A DNA stretch of 64,000 nucleotides, taken from Eubacteriales bacterium. Its GTDB lineage: Bacteria > Bacillota > Clostridia > Christensenellales > UBA1242. The stretch's first letter is position 1; each line of letters starts with the position of its first letter. Location: assembly GCA_018384735.1 (NCBI GenBank), contig JAHAXB010000022.1, positions 1,936 through 65,935 of the forward strand, read 5' to 3'. The position numbers and the translations under genes were made by a program. The notes below the pieces were generated by a model that made no database searches, was not told the DNA's origin, and was given only the letters and a program-made list of their open reading frames with translations. Shown here piece by piece: positions 49,960 to 61,494 of this stretch.

Positions 49960-52900
49960 ATGGCTGTTAATCTTAAAAAGACGGGACTTTTTAAGGACAC
50001 CTACGGAAAAACGGAACGTATGACATTCCGTAAGGTTCCGGAGTTGTTACCGGTCCCATATCTTTTAGACATTCAAAAGGAGAGTTTTAAGCGTTTTATC
50101 AATCAGGGTATTCGCGAAGTGTTGGATGAGTTCAATCCAATTACCGATTATTCTGGTAAATGCGAGGTCTATTTCTTAGACTACTACATTGGCGAAGATG
50201 CGAAGTACAGCGAAAGCGAATGCTTGCGTCGTGGTCAAATGTACGTTAAACCGTTGCGTGTAAAAGTGCGTGTGGTTTTCAAAGAAGACGCGGAAGGACA
50301 CAAAACTAACGAAGTCATCGAACAGGATGTTTTCTTGGGCGATGTTCCACAAATGACCGACAGTGGTTATTTCATTGTTAATGGTGTTGCACGTGTTATC
50401 GTCAACCAAATTATTAAGAGTCCAAGTGTTTATTTCAACCGTTCTAAAGATCACAAGACCGGTAAAGAAATTATCGAATGTACAATGAGCCCAACGCATG
50501 GTGCTTATATTGAAATGACCAAGGATGTCAACAATGTGATTTCTGTTAGCCCGAACAAAGCTAACAAAGTTAACTTAGTAACTTTCTTGCGTGCTTTGGA
50601 TTTGGGTAACGACCAAGAATTGTTGGAAACTTTTGCTCATCATCCAGTTTTGAAAGCAACCATCGATAAATTGAATGACGGTGGCGAACAAGTATCGAAA
50701 GAAAAAGCTTTGTTGGAATTGTCCCGTAAGATGCGTCCATCTGAATTGCCAAATGCTGAAGTTATGGAATCCAGCTTGAACAATATGTTCTTTACCTTCC
50801 CGAACTATGACTTGGCTGTGGTTGGTCGTTATAAATTCAACAAAAAACTTTGCATCAGCAGTCGTATCTTGAAGCACATTGCGGCGGAAGATATTAAAAT
50901 TAACGGTAAAGTTGTCGTGCCGCATGATACCGAAATCGACAAACAAATGGCTGATAAAATCCAAAATGCTGGTATCAACGTTGTTACTGTTAAGAACGAA
51001 CTTGGCGATGCTGTACAAATTATTGGTAACAACCGTGTTAATGTTAACGCTTACTTGGATTGCACGGAACATGATACTGGTATTAAAGAATTGGTTCACT
51101 ATCCAACCTTGTTGAAAGTTTTGGAAGGCAAAAACACTAAAGCGGAAAAAATCCAAGCCGTTAAAGAAAACGCGAAAGAATTGGTAATGCGTCACTTACA
51201 CCGTGATGATATTATTGCTTCAGTTTCTTATTTGTTGAATATGTGCGACGGAGTAGGTTACGAAGATAACATCGACCACTTGGGTAACCGCCGTTTGAAT
51301 ACTGTTGGTGATTTGATGGCTCGTCACTTCAAAGATGGTATGTTGAAATTGCGTAACAGTATGCGCGAAACCATGCAAACCATGGAAATCAACAGTAAAT
51401 CAATTAACCCGTTGAACATTATTAACGCGAAAGCAATTACTCGTGCTTTGCGTGATTTCTGTGCGGTATCTCAATTATCACACGTGATGGATACCAACAA
51501 CCCATTAACCGAAATTACTCAAAAACGTAAAATTACCGCTGTTGGTCCGGGTGGTATCGTTAAGGAACGTGCTACCAGTGAAGTCCGTGACTTGCACTAT
51601 ACCCACAACGGTCGTCTTTGCGCGGTTGAAACTCCTGAAGGTCAATCCATTGGTTTGGTTAACAGTTTGGCGATGTACGCTCAAATCAATGAATATGGCT
51701 TCATTACTGCGCCATTACGTCGTATTGATAAGACTACCGGTAAAGTTACCGACATTGTTGATTATTTGACCGCGGATGAAGAAGACGCGTTCTACGTTGC
51801 CCAAGCAACTGAACCGTTAGATGAAGAAGGTCGTTTGTTACACGAATTCGTAACTTGCCGTCACCGCGATATTATTTTGGATATGCCACGTGAAAGCGTT
51901 GACTATATCGACGCCAGCCCGCGCCAATTCGTATCTTTGGCAACTGCTTTGATTCCTTTCTTGAGCAATGATGATACGGGTCGTGCTTTGTTAGGTTCAA
52001 ACATGCAACGTCAAGCGGTATCTTTGATTAAGACCGAAGTTCCGTTGGTTGCAACTGGTTTGGAACACCGTGCCGCTTTGGATAGTAATGTAATGTTGAC
52101 CGCTAAGGCAGCTGGTACCGTTATTTCGGTAACTGGTGACCAAATCGTGATTGAACGTGATGATAACCATGAACATGATTTCTATAAATTAACTAAGTTT
52201 ACTCGTTACAACGAAGAAGCTTGTATTAACCAAAAACCAATCGTCCGCAAGGGGGATAAAGTTAAAGCTGGCGAAATTATTACTGATGGCTATGCAACCT
52301 GCAATGGGGAATTGGCTATCGGTAAGAATATGTGTGTCGCTTACATGAACTGGGAAGGTTACAACTTTGAGGATGCGATTTTGATTTCTGAACGTGTTGT
52401 GAAGGAAGATAAATTTACCTCAATCGCTTTGCACTTGAAAGAATGTAAAGTTCGTACTACCAAGTTGGGTGATGAAGAAATTACCCGCGACATTCCGAAT
52501 TTGAGCGAAGATGCTTTGGCAAACTTGGATGAACGTGGTATTGTCCGTGTTGGTTCATTCGTTCGTACCGGTGATATTTTGGTTGGTAAAGTTACTCCGA
52601 AGGGTGAATCTGAATTAACCCCAGAAGAACGCTTGTTACGTGCCATCTTCGGTGAAAAATCTCGTGAAGTTCGTGATTCTTCTATGCGTGTTGAAAACGG
52701 TAAAGACGGTGTCGTTGTTGCTGTTGAATGCTTCAGCCGTAAGAACCACGACGAAATGGATGTTGGTGTTAACGAAATTATTAAAGTTACCATCGCTCAA
52801 AAACGTAATATCAAGGTCGGTGATAAGATGACCGGTCGTCATGGTAACAAAGGTATTGTTTCAAAGATTTTGCCGGTTGAAGATATGCCTTACATGGCCG

Positions 52901-53685
52901 ATGGTACGCCGGTTGATATCGTTTTGAACCCGTTGGGCGTTCCATCTCGTTTGAACATTGGTCAGTTGTTGGAAGTTTCGTTGGGCTTAGTTGCAAAGAC
53001 TTTGGGTTGGAAAGTTGCGACTCCTGTCTTCAACGGTGCTAACGAAAATGATATTCAAGAATTGTTGCGTAAAAACGGCTTGCCGGAAGATGGTAAGATG
53101 CAACTGTACGATGGACGTACTGGTGAACCTTTCCAAAACCGTACAACCGTTGGTTATATGTACATGTTGAAATTGCATCACATGGTTGATACCAAGATTC
53201 ACGCGCGTTCAACCGGTGCTTACAGTTTGGTAACGCAACAACCATTGGGTGGTAAAGCTCAATTCGGTGGTCAACGTATGGGTGAAATGGAGGTCTGGGC
53301 TTTGGAAGCTTACGGTGCCGCCCACATCTTGCAAGAAATGTTGACCGTTAAATCTGATGATGTTCAAGGTCGTACCAAAACTTATGTTTCGATTGTTAAT
53401 GGTACAAAATTACCTGATCCGGGTATCCCAGAAGCAAGTAAAGTTATGATTCGTGAATTACAAGGTCTTGGCTTTGATGTTGGTATTTATACTGCTGATA
53501 AGAAAGAAGTTGAATTAGAGAAGATTGACGCTTTGGTTGATGATGCCGAAATGTTGGCTAACGCCGAAGCTGACGAAAAACAAGAAACCGAAGCCGAAAT
53601 TGAATTTGACCAAGAAAAAGTCGAAGAACCTGCTGCTGATGATTTGGAAATGTTCGATATTGAACAATTGTTCGATGAGGAATAA
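49960..53685 (+). CDS. rpoB: DNA-directed RNA polymerase subunit beta
   Basis: Canonical RpoB throughout (for example [34 protein letters not shown]). ATG 49960 after AAGGAAGG is preferred over the TTG at 49903. The C-terminal tail is acidic. Confidence 0.95.
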   Translation: MAVNLKKTGLFKDTYGKTERMTFRKVPELLPVPYLLDIQKESFKRFINQGIREVLDEFNPITDYSGKCEVYFLDYYIGEDAKYSESECLRRGQMYVKPLRVKVRVVFKEDAEGHKTNEVIEQDVFLGDVPQMTDSGYFIVNGVARVIVNQIIKSPSVYFNRSKDHKTGKEIIECTMSPTHGAYIEMTKDVNNVISVSPNKANKVNLVTFLRALDLGNDQELLETFAHHPVLKATIDKLNDGGEQVSKEKALLELSRKMRPSELPNAEVMESSLNNMFFTFPNYDLAVVGRYKFNKKLCISSRILKHIAAEDIKINGKVVVPHDTEIDKQMADKIQNAGINVVTVKNELGDAVQIIGNNRVNVNAYLDCTEHDTGIKELVHYPTLLKVLEGKNTKAEKIQAVKENAKELVMRHLHRDDIIASVSYLLNMCDGVGYEDNIDHLGNRRLNTVGDLMARHFKDGMLKLRNSMRETMQTMEINSKSINPLNIINAKAITRALRDFCAVSQLSHVMDTNNPLTEITQKRKITAVGPGGIVKERATSEVRDLHYTHNGRLCAVETPEGQSIGLVNSLAMYAQINEYGFITAPLRRIDKTTGKVTDIVDYLTADEEDAFYVAQATEPLDEEGRLLHEFVTCRHRDIILDMPRESVDYIDASPRQFVSLATALIPFLSNDDTGRALLGSNMQRQAVSLIKTEVPLVATGLEHRAALDSNVMLTAKAAGTVISVTGDQIVIERDDNHEHDFYKLTKFTRYNEEACINQKPIVRKGDKVKAGEIITDGYATCNGELAIGKNMCVAYMNWEGYNFEDAILISERVVKEDKFTSIALHLKECKVRTTKLGDEEITRDIPNLSEDALANLDERGIVRVGSFVRTGDILVGKVTPKGESELTPEERLLRAIFGEKSREVRDSSMRVENGKDGVVVAVECFSRKNHDEMDVGVNEIIKVTIAQKRNIKVGDKMTGRHGNKGIVSKILPVEDMPYMADGTPVDIVLNPLGVPSRLNIGQLLEVSLGLVAKTLGWKVATPVFNGANENDIQELLRKNGLPEDGKMQLYDGRTGEPFQNRTTVGYMYMLKLHHMVDTKIHARSTGAYSLVTQQPLGGKAQFGGQRMGEMEVWALEAYGAAHILQEMLTVKSDDVQGRTKTYVSIVNGTKLPDPGIPEASKVMIRELQGLGFDVGIYTADKKEVELEKIDALVDDAEMLANAEADEKQETEAEIEFDQEKVEEPAADDLEMFDIEQLFDEE

Positions 53686-53705
53686 GAAGGAGAGGGAGAA
53701 AGAAA

Positions 53706-56700
53706 ATGTTTGAGTTAAATAATTTTGAAAGTTTAAAAATCAGTATTGCCAGTCCGGACAAAATCCGTGAATGGAGTCATGGTGAGGTTACCAAGCCGGA
53801 AACGATTAACTATCGTACACAAAAACCAGAAAAAGATGGTTTGTTCTGCGAACGCATCTTTGGTCCGAAAAAAGACTGGCAATGTTCCTGCGGTAAATAT
53901 AAATTGATCCGCTACAAAGGTACCGTTTGTGACAAGTGCGGTGTTGAGGTTACTCGTTCTATAGTTCGTCGTGAACGTATGGGACACATTGAATTGGCTG
54001 CACCTGTTGTTCACATTTGGTATTTCAAAGGTGTGCCGTCCAAAATTGGTACCTTGTTGAATATGACCATTAAGAACTTGGAACAAGTTATCTATTTCGT
54101 CTCCTTCGTTGTAATTGATCCGGGTAAAACTACTTTAACTTATGGTCAAATCTTGTCCGACCGTGAATTGCATGAAGCTTTGGAAAAATTCGGCGCTAAT
54201 TCCTTCAAGTATGGCATGGGTGCGGAAGCAATTAAATCCATGTTGGCTGCGCTTGATTTGGATAAAGAAATTAAAGAATGTAACGAAATCATTGCAACCG
54301 GTAAAGGCGCTAAACGTGAAAAAGCCATTAAACGTTTGGATTTGTTGGAATCATTCAAACACAGTGGCAACCGTCCGGAATGGATGGTCATGGATGTCTT
54401 GCCGGTAACTCCACCGGAATTGCGTCCAATGGTACAAATTGATGGTGGTCGTTTCGCAACTACCGATGTTAACGATTTGTATCGTCGTGTTATTAACCGC
54501 AACAACCGTTTGAAAAAATTGATTTCTTTGGGTGCGCCTGAAGTTATCATCCGTAACGAAAAACGTATGTTGCAAGAAGCTGTCGACGCCTTGATTGATA
54601 ACGGCCGTCGTGGTAAAGCAGTGCAAGGTGCGAAAGGTCGTCCGTTGAAATCATTGGCGGAAGGTTTGCGTGGTAAACAAGGTCGTTTCCGTAACAACCT
54701 GTTGGGTAAACGTGTTGACTACTCAGGTCGTACCGTTATCGTTGTTGGTCCTGAATTGAAACATTACCAAGTCGGTTTGCCGAAAGAAATGGCTTTGGAA
54801 TTGTTCAAACCATTTGTAATGAAGAAATTGGTTGATATGGGCTTGGCTCATCACAGCCGCAGTGCGAAACGCTTGATTGAACGCGAAAAACCACAAGTTT
54901 GGGATATCTTGGAAGAAGTCGTTCGTGACCATCCTGTTTTGTTAAACCGTCAACCCACGTTGCACAAATTGTCAATCCAAGCCTTTGAACCGGTTTTGAT
55001 TGATGGTCGTGCGATTCGTTTGCATCCGTTGGTTTGTACTGCGTTCAACGCCGACTTCGATGGTGACCAAATGACCGTTCACGTTCCATTGTCGCCAGAA
55101 GCTCAAGCCGAAGCGCGTATCTTAATGTTGGCTTCGAACAACATCTTGAAACCCAGTGACTCTAAATCTGTTGTTACTCCAACTCAGGATATTATTTTGG
55201 GTTGCTATTATATGACTTTGCAAGTTGACGGCGCTAAAGGTGAAGGTAGTGTCTATAAAGATGAAAACGAAGCTATCTACGCCTACAACGTTGGCGAATT
55301 GGATTTGCATGCTAAGATTCAAGTTCGTCGTTCTAACTTCGAAATTGAAGGTAATATGGACGAAGTCGAAGAATTTGGCCGTGTCGAAACCACCGTTGGT
55401 CGTATCATATTTAACCAATGCTTCCCGCAAGATATTGGTATCGTTGACCGTAGTAAACCAGAAAACAAATTCGCTTACGAATATAATAAGGAAGTTACTA
55501 AGAAAGACATCAACAACTTGATCGTAAAAATCTTCGAAGTTCATGGTGCAACTGTAACCAGTGAATCAATCGATAAAATCAAGACTGTTGGTTTCAAATA
55601 TTCAACCTTGGGTTCAATTTCCTTGTCGGTTTTCGATGCTACCATTCCTGCCAACCGTGAACAAATTATTAAAGATACCGAAGCCAAAGTTAAAAAAATT
55701 GAACAAGCTTATGCAGAAGGTGAGTTGAGCTTAGATGAAAAATTGGATCGTAACATCGCCTTGTGGAAAGAAGCTACCGACCGTATTCAAGATGATGTTA
55801 TCAGCGTTTTGGGTAAAACCAATCCAATTAAGATGATGGCTACCTCCGGTGCGCGTGGTTCTAACAAACAGATTATGCAGTTGTCTGGTATGCGTGGTAT
55901 TATTGCGAACGTTTCTGGACAAAAAGAGGACGTCCCGACCAAAGGTTGCTACCGTTTAGGTTTGTCTCCATTGGAATACTTCTTATCATCTCGTGGTGGT
56001 CGTAAAGGTTTGGCTGATACAGCGTTGAAAACATCTGATGCTGGTTACTTGACCCGTCGTTTGGTTGACGTTGCGCAAGACGTTATCGTCACCGAAGAAG
56101 ACTGCTTTGCAACTTTGGGTGAAAAACCAAAGGGCATGGTTATGACCGAATTACGTATGGATGGTTACATTAAACGTTTGGCCAGCCGTATTAAAGGTCG
56201 TTTCTCGGTACGTGATGTTGTTGACCCGAAGACCAAAGAAGTCTTGGTTCATGCTGATACCATGATTACCGATGAAGTTGCTGAACGTATTGAAGCCGCC
56301 GGTATTAAAGAAGTTGAAATCCGTAGCGTGTTGACCTGTAAATGTAAACACGGCGTCTGCGCTAAATGTTATGGTCGCGATATGAGCGGTCACGAATTGG
56401 TCAGTGTGGGTGAACCAGTTGGTATCATCGCTGCACAATCCATTGGTGAACCGGGTACTCAGTTAACCATGCGTACTAAGCACAGTGGTGGTATTGCGGT
56501 TTCAAACATTACCGAAGGTTTGCCACGTGTCGAAGAAATTTTGGAAGCCCGTGTTCCCAAGGGTGTGGCTTTGGTCAGTGACGTCGGTGGTACAGTTGTG
56601 GCTGTTAACCCTGTTGAAAAACGTGTTGAAGTCGTGATTAAGACGAACGAAGGCAAAGAAGTTCCGTACTTGATTCCGGCTAGCATGAAAGTTATTGTCA

Positions 56701-57233
56701 AGAAAGGCGATGTAGTTGAACCGGGTTCAGCTTTGACCGAAGGTGTCTTCAACCCACACGACATTCTGCGTAACAAAGGTATCAAAGCTGTTCAAGATTA
56801 CTTGATTACCGAAATTATTAAGGTTTATAAAACGCAAGATATTTCGATTAACAACAAACATTTGGAAATAATTGTAAGACAGATGTTGAAAAAAGTTAAA
56901 ATCGAAGACGTTGGCGATACCGACTTCCAAATCGGTTCCGTGGTTGATGTGATTGAGTTCGAACATAAGAACTTGTTGGCAATCAACGATGGTAAGAAAC
57001 CAGCCCGCGCAACCCGTGTCTTGTTGCCAATCACTAAGGCGGCATTGCGTACAGATAGCTTCTTGTCGGCTGCATCCTTCCAAGAAACCAGTTCAGTTTT
57101 GGTTGATGCTGCGGTTAAGAATAAAGTTGACCACTTACAAGGCTTGAAAGAAAACGTTATCTTTGGTAAGTTGATTCCGGCCGGTACTGGTATGAAATTC
57201 TATCAAAATGTAGGGTACAAAAATGTCAAATAA
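53706..57233 (+). CDS. rpoC: DNA-directed RNA polymerase subunit beta'
   Basis: Zn-binding CSCGKYK...CDKCGVEV, the catalytic NADFDGDQM motif, and a canonical trigger-loop region. Confidence 0.95.
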   Translation: MFELNNFESLKISIASPDKIREWSHGEVTKPETINYRTQKPEKDGLFCERIFGPKKDWQCSCGKYKLIRYKGTVCDKCGVEVTRSIVRRERMGHIELAAPVVHIWYFKGVPSKIGTLLNMTIKNLEQVIYFVSFVVIDPGKTTLTYGQILSDRELHEALEKFGANSFKYGMGAEAIKSMLAALDLDKEIKECNEIIATGKGAKREKAIKRLDLLESFKHSGNRPEWMVMDVLPVTPPELRPMVQIDGGRFATTDVNDLYRRVINRNNRLKKLISLGAPEVIIRNEKRMLQEAVDALIDNGRRGKAVQGAKGRPLKSLAEGLRGKQGRFRNNLLGKRVDYSGRTVIVVGPELKHYQVGLPKEMALELFKPFVMKKLVDMGLAHHSRSAKRLIEREKPQVWDILEEVVRDHPVLLNRQPTLHKLSIQAFEPVLIDGRAIRLHPLVCTAFNADFDGDQMTVHVPLSPEAQAEARILMLASNNILKPSDSKSVVTPTQDIILGCYYMTLQVDGAKGEGSVYKDENEAIYAYNVGELDLHAKIQVRRSNFEIEGNMDEVEEFGRVETTVGRIIFNQCFPQDIGIVDRSKPENKFAYEYNKEVTKKDINNLIVKIFEVHGATVTSESIDKIKTVGFKYSTLGSISLSVFDATIPANREQIIKDTEAKVKKIEQAYAEGELSLDEKLDRNIALWKEATDRIQDDVISVLGKTNPIKMMATSGARGSNKQIMQLSGMRGIIANVSGQKEDVPTKGCYRLGLSPLEYFLSSRGGRKGLADTALKTSDAGYLTRRLVDVAQDVIVTEEDCFATLGEKPKGMVMTELRMDGYIKRLASRIKGRFSVRDVVDPKTKEVLVHADTMITDEVAERIEAAGIKEVEIRSVLTCKCKHGVCAKCYGRDMSGHELVSVGEPVGIIAAQSIGEPGTQLTMRTKHSGGIAVSNITEGLPRVEEILEARVPKGVALVSDVGGTVVAVNPVEKRVEVVIKTNEGKEVPYLIPASMKVIVKKGDVVEPGSALTEGVFNPHDILRNKGIKAVQDYLITEIIKVYKTQDISINNKHLEIIVRQMLKKVKIEDVGDTDFQIGSVVDVIEFEHKNLLAINDGKKPARATRVLLPITKAALRTDSFLSAASFQETSSVLVDAAVKNKVDHLQGLKENVIFGKLIPAGTGMKFYQNVGYKNVK

Positions 57234-57558
57234 TTTATTTAATTTGTTATTGGCTCCATCGGAACGTCCCAAGTGGATTGCGGACAGTTTCCCGATTATT
57301 CAAGGTATTATCATTGGTTTGATTTGCCTGATTAGCATCATCATGATTGTGGCAATCTTGGTTTCCCCGCCGGATAACGGTACGGGAACCAACGCGATTA
57401 CTGGTGCCAGTGAAAGTTACTACACCAAAAATCGCAACAAAAACAATCTTGGTCGCATTCGCAATTTAATTATCATTTGTGCTTGCACAATCGCAGTCTT
57501 AACGATTATTTTCTTTATCATGTTTGGTATTTTCAATACTACTGGTACCGCAGAATAA
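57223..57558 (+). CDS. secG: possible preprotein translocase subunit SecG
   Basis: 111 aa with two TM helices separated by a Gly/Thr/Asn-rich loop ([16 protein letters not shown]...LGRIRNL). Overlaps the rpoC stop by 11 nt. The assignment is tentative. Confidence 0.4.
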   Translation: MSNNLFNLLLAPSERPKWIADSFPIIQGIIIGLICLISIIMIVAILVSPPDNGTGTNAITGASESYYTKNRNKNNLGRIRNLIIICACTIAVLTIIFFIMFGIFNTTGTAE

Positions 57559-57565
57559 TCCCGAA

Positions 57566-57597
57566 AAAAGTTTCGTCAACCGGCGAAACTTTTTTCT
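57566..57597 (+). terminator. rho-independent terminator
   Basis: aaaagtttcg-N8-cgaaactttt hairpin with a T run. Confidence 0.65.
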
Positions 57598-57651
57598 TTG
57601 GCGAAAAGAATTGTAAATGATATACTAAATATGCTCATAAAAAGGAGTGGA

Positions 57652-58992
57652 ATGATGCACAAATCCTTAGTTAAGCGATTTCTTGTTGTTTTTCTAACGG
57701 CTCTTGTAATGATGGTTCCGGTATGCTTTTTGAGTGCTTGTGGAATTCTTGGTGGTAGCAATGAACAACAATCTGAACCGCAGGATACAGAAACCCCGGC
57801 ATCATTTGCTTTTGCTATTCGTCCAAATGATGAAAAATATAAAATCATTTCCAATGACTCGTCTGATGGGTATGAAATTTCAATTTCAGATGGTTGCATC
57901 CTTTCGGAATCAGATATTAAACTGAGAGTAATCGTGAAAGGAAAACCTGTTCCAGCGTCTAATTATAAAATTAGTTTTGTCAAGTCAGGCGGTAAAGTCT
58001 CGCAAATCAATATTTCATATAACAATGAGGTACAAAGCATTTCCGTATTGACTGAACAGTTAATTGATTTCGGTTCAGTTCTTGAAAATTTAAAATTTTC
58101 ATATGAAGAAATTGCCAGCGGTAAATCAAAATACATTGATGTAATTGATAAAATTGATGCCGCCATGCGCAAAGCCAATTTTGAATCTACGCTTTCTGAA
58201 TTAAAAGCACAGGGGATAGTTGATTTTAAGACTGCTACTCAAACAAAAACAGATCCCTACGCTTTTGCGGATTTTACGCGCAGCAATATGGCAGGAATAA
58301 CGACAAGTTCAGGGACAATGGATTATCACTTTTACCTTCATGCCCAAAGTGGCTATGTGTTTGAAGATGAAGATGGTGAACGTACAGACACTCTAATGGT
58401 TAATTGGCAAATTTTACCCATCGAAATCAATTTACCAACTAGAGTTATCGCTGATCTTGTCTTTGATCCAACCAAGGCCCAAACACCGACCCTGGTGTTT
58501 GCTGGAGATAATGAAAAGATCAACAGTATGATTGAAGTCGACCCGGAATTTATGGCTGGTTCGTATACAAGTGTTAGTTATCGCTTAAAAAAAGATTATG
58601 AATACGGTTATGTCTTATTAGATCAATTTAAAAAACCTGTTTTCAACGTTAATATTATGCGCAATTGGGAAATTAAGCCATTGAAAATTAAGGCGCCATA
58701 TCTTGATAAAACAGAATTTGATTTTGATGGTACCGAAAAATGTCCTAATTTAATTCTCCCGGAAAATTATGAATATTTATTTGATACTGAAAGTATCCAA
58801 TATAGTGATAATACCGAAGTGGGCACGGGAACGGTAAGTTTTGAACTTGTTGAAAACTATGATTTTGGTGTTACTGGTTATAATATCTATTCAAATTTAA
58901 GCAGGAATGAATTATGTTCTTGTTTTACCTATGGCGAAGGTAACATTGCTCCGCAAGGGACACTTGAATTTACAATTATACAGCAAAGTTAA
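57652..58992 (+). CDS. hypothetical lipoprotein
   Basis: ATG follows AAAGGAG. Signal peptide with lipobox VCFLSAC-G. The track's TTG start at 57598 is rejected. Confidence 0.65.
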   Translation: MMHKSLVKRFLVVFLTALVMMVPVCFLSACGILGGSNEQQSEPQDTETPASFAFAIRPNDEKYKIISNDSSDGYEISISDGCILSESDIKLRVIVKGKPVPASNYKISFVKSGGKVSQINISYNNEVQSISVLTEQLIDFGSVLENLKFSYEEIASGKSKYIDVIDKIDAAMRKANFESTLSELKAQGIVDFKTATQTKTDPYAFADFTRSNMAGITTSSGTMDYHFYLHAQSGYVFEDEDGERTDTLMVNWQILPIEINLPTRVIADLVFDPTKAQTPTLVFAGDNEKINSMIEVDPEFMAGSYTSVSYRLKKDYEYGYVLLDQFKKPVFNVNIMRNWEIKPLKIKAPYLDKTEFDFDGTEKCPNLILPENYEYLFDTESIQYSDNTEVGTGTVSFELVENYDFGVTGYNIYSNLSRNELCSCFTYGEGNIAPQGTLEFTIIQQS

Positions 58993-60689
58993 AAATTCGC
59001 GGTAAATTCAATTTTCGATTTATGTAAATTGACGCCAATAACTTTAACCTTCATTGGGTCGCCCATACGAATTTTGGATTTTTTACCAATCATTTGCATG
59101 GTGCCATCGTGGTAAAGATAATGGTCGGCGGGCAAGTTCTCAATGCGTACCAAACCTTCGGCGGTATTAGCAGGTAAATACACAAACACACCAAAATCGG
59201 TAATACCGTTGACAACGCCGTCAAATGTTTCACCGATGTGCGCTTGCATGTATTCCGCACATTTCAAGTCGTCAACTTCGCGTTCGGCGGCCACCGCGTC
59301 CAGTTCGGTTTGCGAGGATTGTTGGCTAGCCGCGACGACAAACGCTTTCATCCGTGCCAGCTGTTGTGCGTTTAATTGGTTATCCAAATGCATTTTGATG
59401 ATGCGGTGAATTGTTAAGTCAGGGTAGCGACGAATCGGTGAAGTGAAGTGGCAATAATAAGTCGAACCCAACGCGTAGTGTCCTACACAGTGCGGGTCGT
59501 ACTTAGCTTTTTGCATGGAACGTAAAGCCAAACTGGACACCACAATCTTAACGTTTTCATCCTTGATATTGTCCAACATTTCTTGATATTGGAATCCGGT
59601 AGGATTTTCAAAATCAATGTGGTGTTGCACCTGAAAGGGCGTTAAAGCGCTTAAAAAGCGAATTACTTTCAAAGAATCGGGTTTTTCGTGGATACGATAC
59701 ACAAATGGTAGGTGTAATTTATAACAATGTTCCGCCACGACTTCGTTGGTCAAAACCATGAAAGTTTCGATAATGCGGTGGCTTAAATTGTGTGGTTGAG
59801 AATAGACCGCGGCGATTTGACCTTTTTCGTCCAAAACGATTTTTGGTTCGGGAACATTGAAAGTAATTTCGCCCCGTGCTTGACGGTCGTGTTCTAACTT
59901 TTTGGTAATTTCTGCCATCTGTAGCAACATGGCTTTGTGTTGGTGGTCGGCCTTGTCATCCAAGATTGCTTGAACTTCATCGTACGAAAAGCGGGTGACC
60001 GATTGAATCAAGGATTTTTTAATTTGATAACTCAACAAATTATATTTTTTATCTAACGTCATTAAAACCGACAAAGTTAAGCGCGGTTCATTCGGATTTA
60101 ACGAACAAACGCCGTTCGATAATTGTGTTGGCAACATGGGTAACACGCGGTCAGGAAAGTACACACTGGTGCCGCGGCGATAAGCTTCCTTATCCAGCGC
60201 GCTGTCGGCGGTTACGTATTCGGAAACATCAGCAATGTGGACGCCTAATGTTATGGTGCCATCGGCGTTATTAACTAAGCTAACTGCATCGTCCAGGTCA
60301 CGTGCGTCGGCGGGGTCAATTGTGATAATTGGCAAACCACGTAAATCAACACGGTTAAACATACAGTCGCTAATTTTTTTTCGGCTAACTTTTTCCGCTT
60401 CTTGTAAAACTTCAGCAGGAAAAGCAGGGAGCAGTTTGTATTTTTTCATGATGGCTTCAATGGTAGCAGGTTCCGTATTGTGGCGGATTACACGGACAAC
60501 TTCGGCATCAGGTTGTTTGTTGTGCTTTTTTTTCATGTAACGAATTTCCACAATGTCGCCATCGACCGCACCGTGCAAGTTATCTTTTGCGATAAAAATA
60601 TCTTCATTTTTGCCTGGCAGTTCAACGAAACCGTAGCCTTTTAATGTTACTGATAATTCACCTGTAATCCGATTTTCCATTTTGCTCAC
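58989..60689 (-). CDS. rnr: ribonuclease R / RNase II family exoribonuclease (short form)
   Basis: RNB-domain motifs ITIDPADARDLDDAVS and HFTSPIRRYPDLTIHR, plus a C-terminal S1 domain. The start could be GTG 60689 or ATG 60680. Confidence 0.85.
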   Translation of the reverse strand: MSKMENRITGELSVTLKGYGFVELPGKNEDIFIAKDNLHGAVDGDIVEIRYMKKKHNKQPDAEVVRVIRHNTEPATIEAIMKKYKLLPAFPAEVLQEAEKVSRKKISDCMFNRVDLRGLPIITIDPADARDLDDAVSLVNNADGTITLGVHIADVSEYVTADSALDKEAYRRGTSVYFPDRVLPMLPTQLSNGVCSLNPNEPRLTLSVLMTLDKKYNLLSYQIKKSLIQSVTRFSYDEVQAILDDKADHQHKAMLLQMAEITKKLEHDRQARGEITFNVPEPKIVLDEKGQIAAVYSQPHNLSHRIIETFMVLTNEVVAEHCYKLHLPFVYRIHEKPDSLKVIRFLSALTPFQVQHHIDFENPTGFQYQEMLDNIKDENVKIVVSSLALRSMQKAKYDPHCVGHYALGSTYYCHFTSPIRRYPDLTIHRIIKMHLDNQLNAQQLARMKAFVVAASQQSSQTELDAVAAEREVDDLKCAEYMQAHIGETFDGVVNGITDFGVFVYLPANTAEGLVRIENLPADHYLYHDGTMQMIGKKSKIRMGDPMKVKVIGVNLHKSKIEFTANF

Positions 60690-60710
60690 AGCAAATTATA
60701 AGTGTATAAT
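60682..60710 (+). promoter_or_regulatory. sigma70-type promoter with leaderless geometry (HEPN-CBS gene), overlapping the divergent rnr start
   Basis: TTGCTC (60682-60687), 17 nt, TATAAT (60705-60710). The ATG at 60717 lies 6 nt after the -10. The minus strand carries TATAAT (60700-60695) just upstream of the rnr GTG. Confidence 0.5.
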
Positions 60711-60716
60711 ATCAAT

Positions 60717-61454
60717 ATGTCAAACATGTCAAATTCAACCGGTAAGACTTTAGGTGTTCGTTTTTTGGATGCTTATAATGCTATCGATAAAGCGTTACGT
60801 GTGCAGTACAATTTCAAAACAACCACTTCGTTTTCTGATTTAATTCGTCGTTGTGCTGATCTGAACTCCGTCATTCGTGGTCACGAAAATGACTTGATTA
60901 ACTTCGCTCGTTTACGTAATGCCATCGTTCACAGTAGCGATAATAACAAAGTGATTGCGGAACCACATTTGGAAGTTGTTCAGTTGATGGAAAAGATTGC
61001 AACTTTGATTACCACGCCGCCATTAGTGGCCGATGTTTTACACAAACGTCCAGTTACAATTATTGATGCTAACCGCAGTCTTTACGATTTAATTAAGGAA
61101 ACCGGCGTTACCGGACACGGCATGATTCCTGCTTACAAGGGTTCGCACCTAATTGGAATTGTCCGCTGGCGTAAATTGATTGAAGACTTAGCCACGATTT
61201 TGGATACCAACGATTTGGATGACTTTATCCGTAAAACTTCCATTGAAAGTTATTTACGTATGTATCCACAATCAGGACACTTCGCGATTGCTAATAAAAA
61301 TCTTACCATTGAACAAGCATTGACCATTTTTAACAATAACCGTAAAATTGCTGCAATTTTAATCACAGAAAAAGGCAGTGCGATGGAGCGCCCGATTGGC
61401 TTTATTACCAACGCCGACATCATTGATTTGGTAAAAATCATTGAAACTTATTAA
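60717..61454 (+). CDS. HEPN-like (Rx4H) N-terminal domain fused to a CBS-pair domain
   Basis: FARLRNAIVHS (R-x4-H) in an approximately 100-aa helical N-terminal domain. Two CBS-like units follow (GMIPAYKGSHLIGIVRWRKLIEDL; AAILITEKGSAMERPIGFITNADIIDLV). The track start is GTG 60702. Confidence 0.5.
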   Translation: MSNMSNSTGKTLGVRFLDAYNAIDKALRVQYNFKTTTSFSDLIRRCADLNSVIRGHENDLINFARLRNAIVHSSDNNKVIAEPHLEVVQLMEKIATLITTPPLVADVLHKRPVTIIDANRSLYDLIKETGVTGHGMIPAYKGSHLIGIVRWRKLIEDLATILDTNDLDDFIRKTSIESYLRMYPQSGHFAIANKNLTIEQALTIFNNNRKIAAILITEKGSAMERPIGFITNADIIDLVKIIETY

Positions 61455-61494
61455 AAATCATGTTAATTTATAAATCAGATAAAAGGACATTGTT

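Noticed and set aside
50575-51195. Antisense and out-of-frame ORFs within rpoB and rpoC (for example 50575-51195, 52359-52793, 54146-54697, 55122-55544, 56727-57083).
   Set aside because: They overlap unambiguous RpoB and RpoC coding sequence and have no independent signals.
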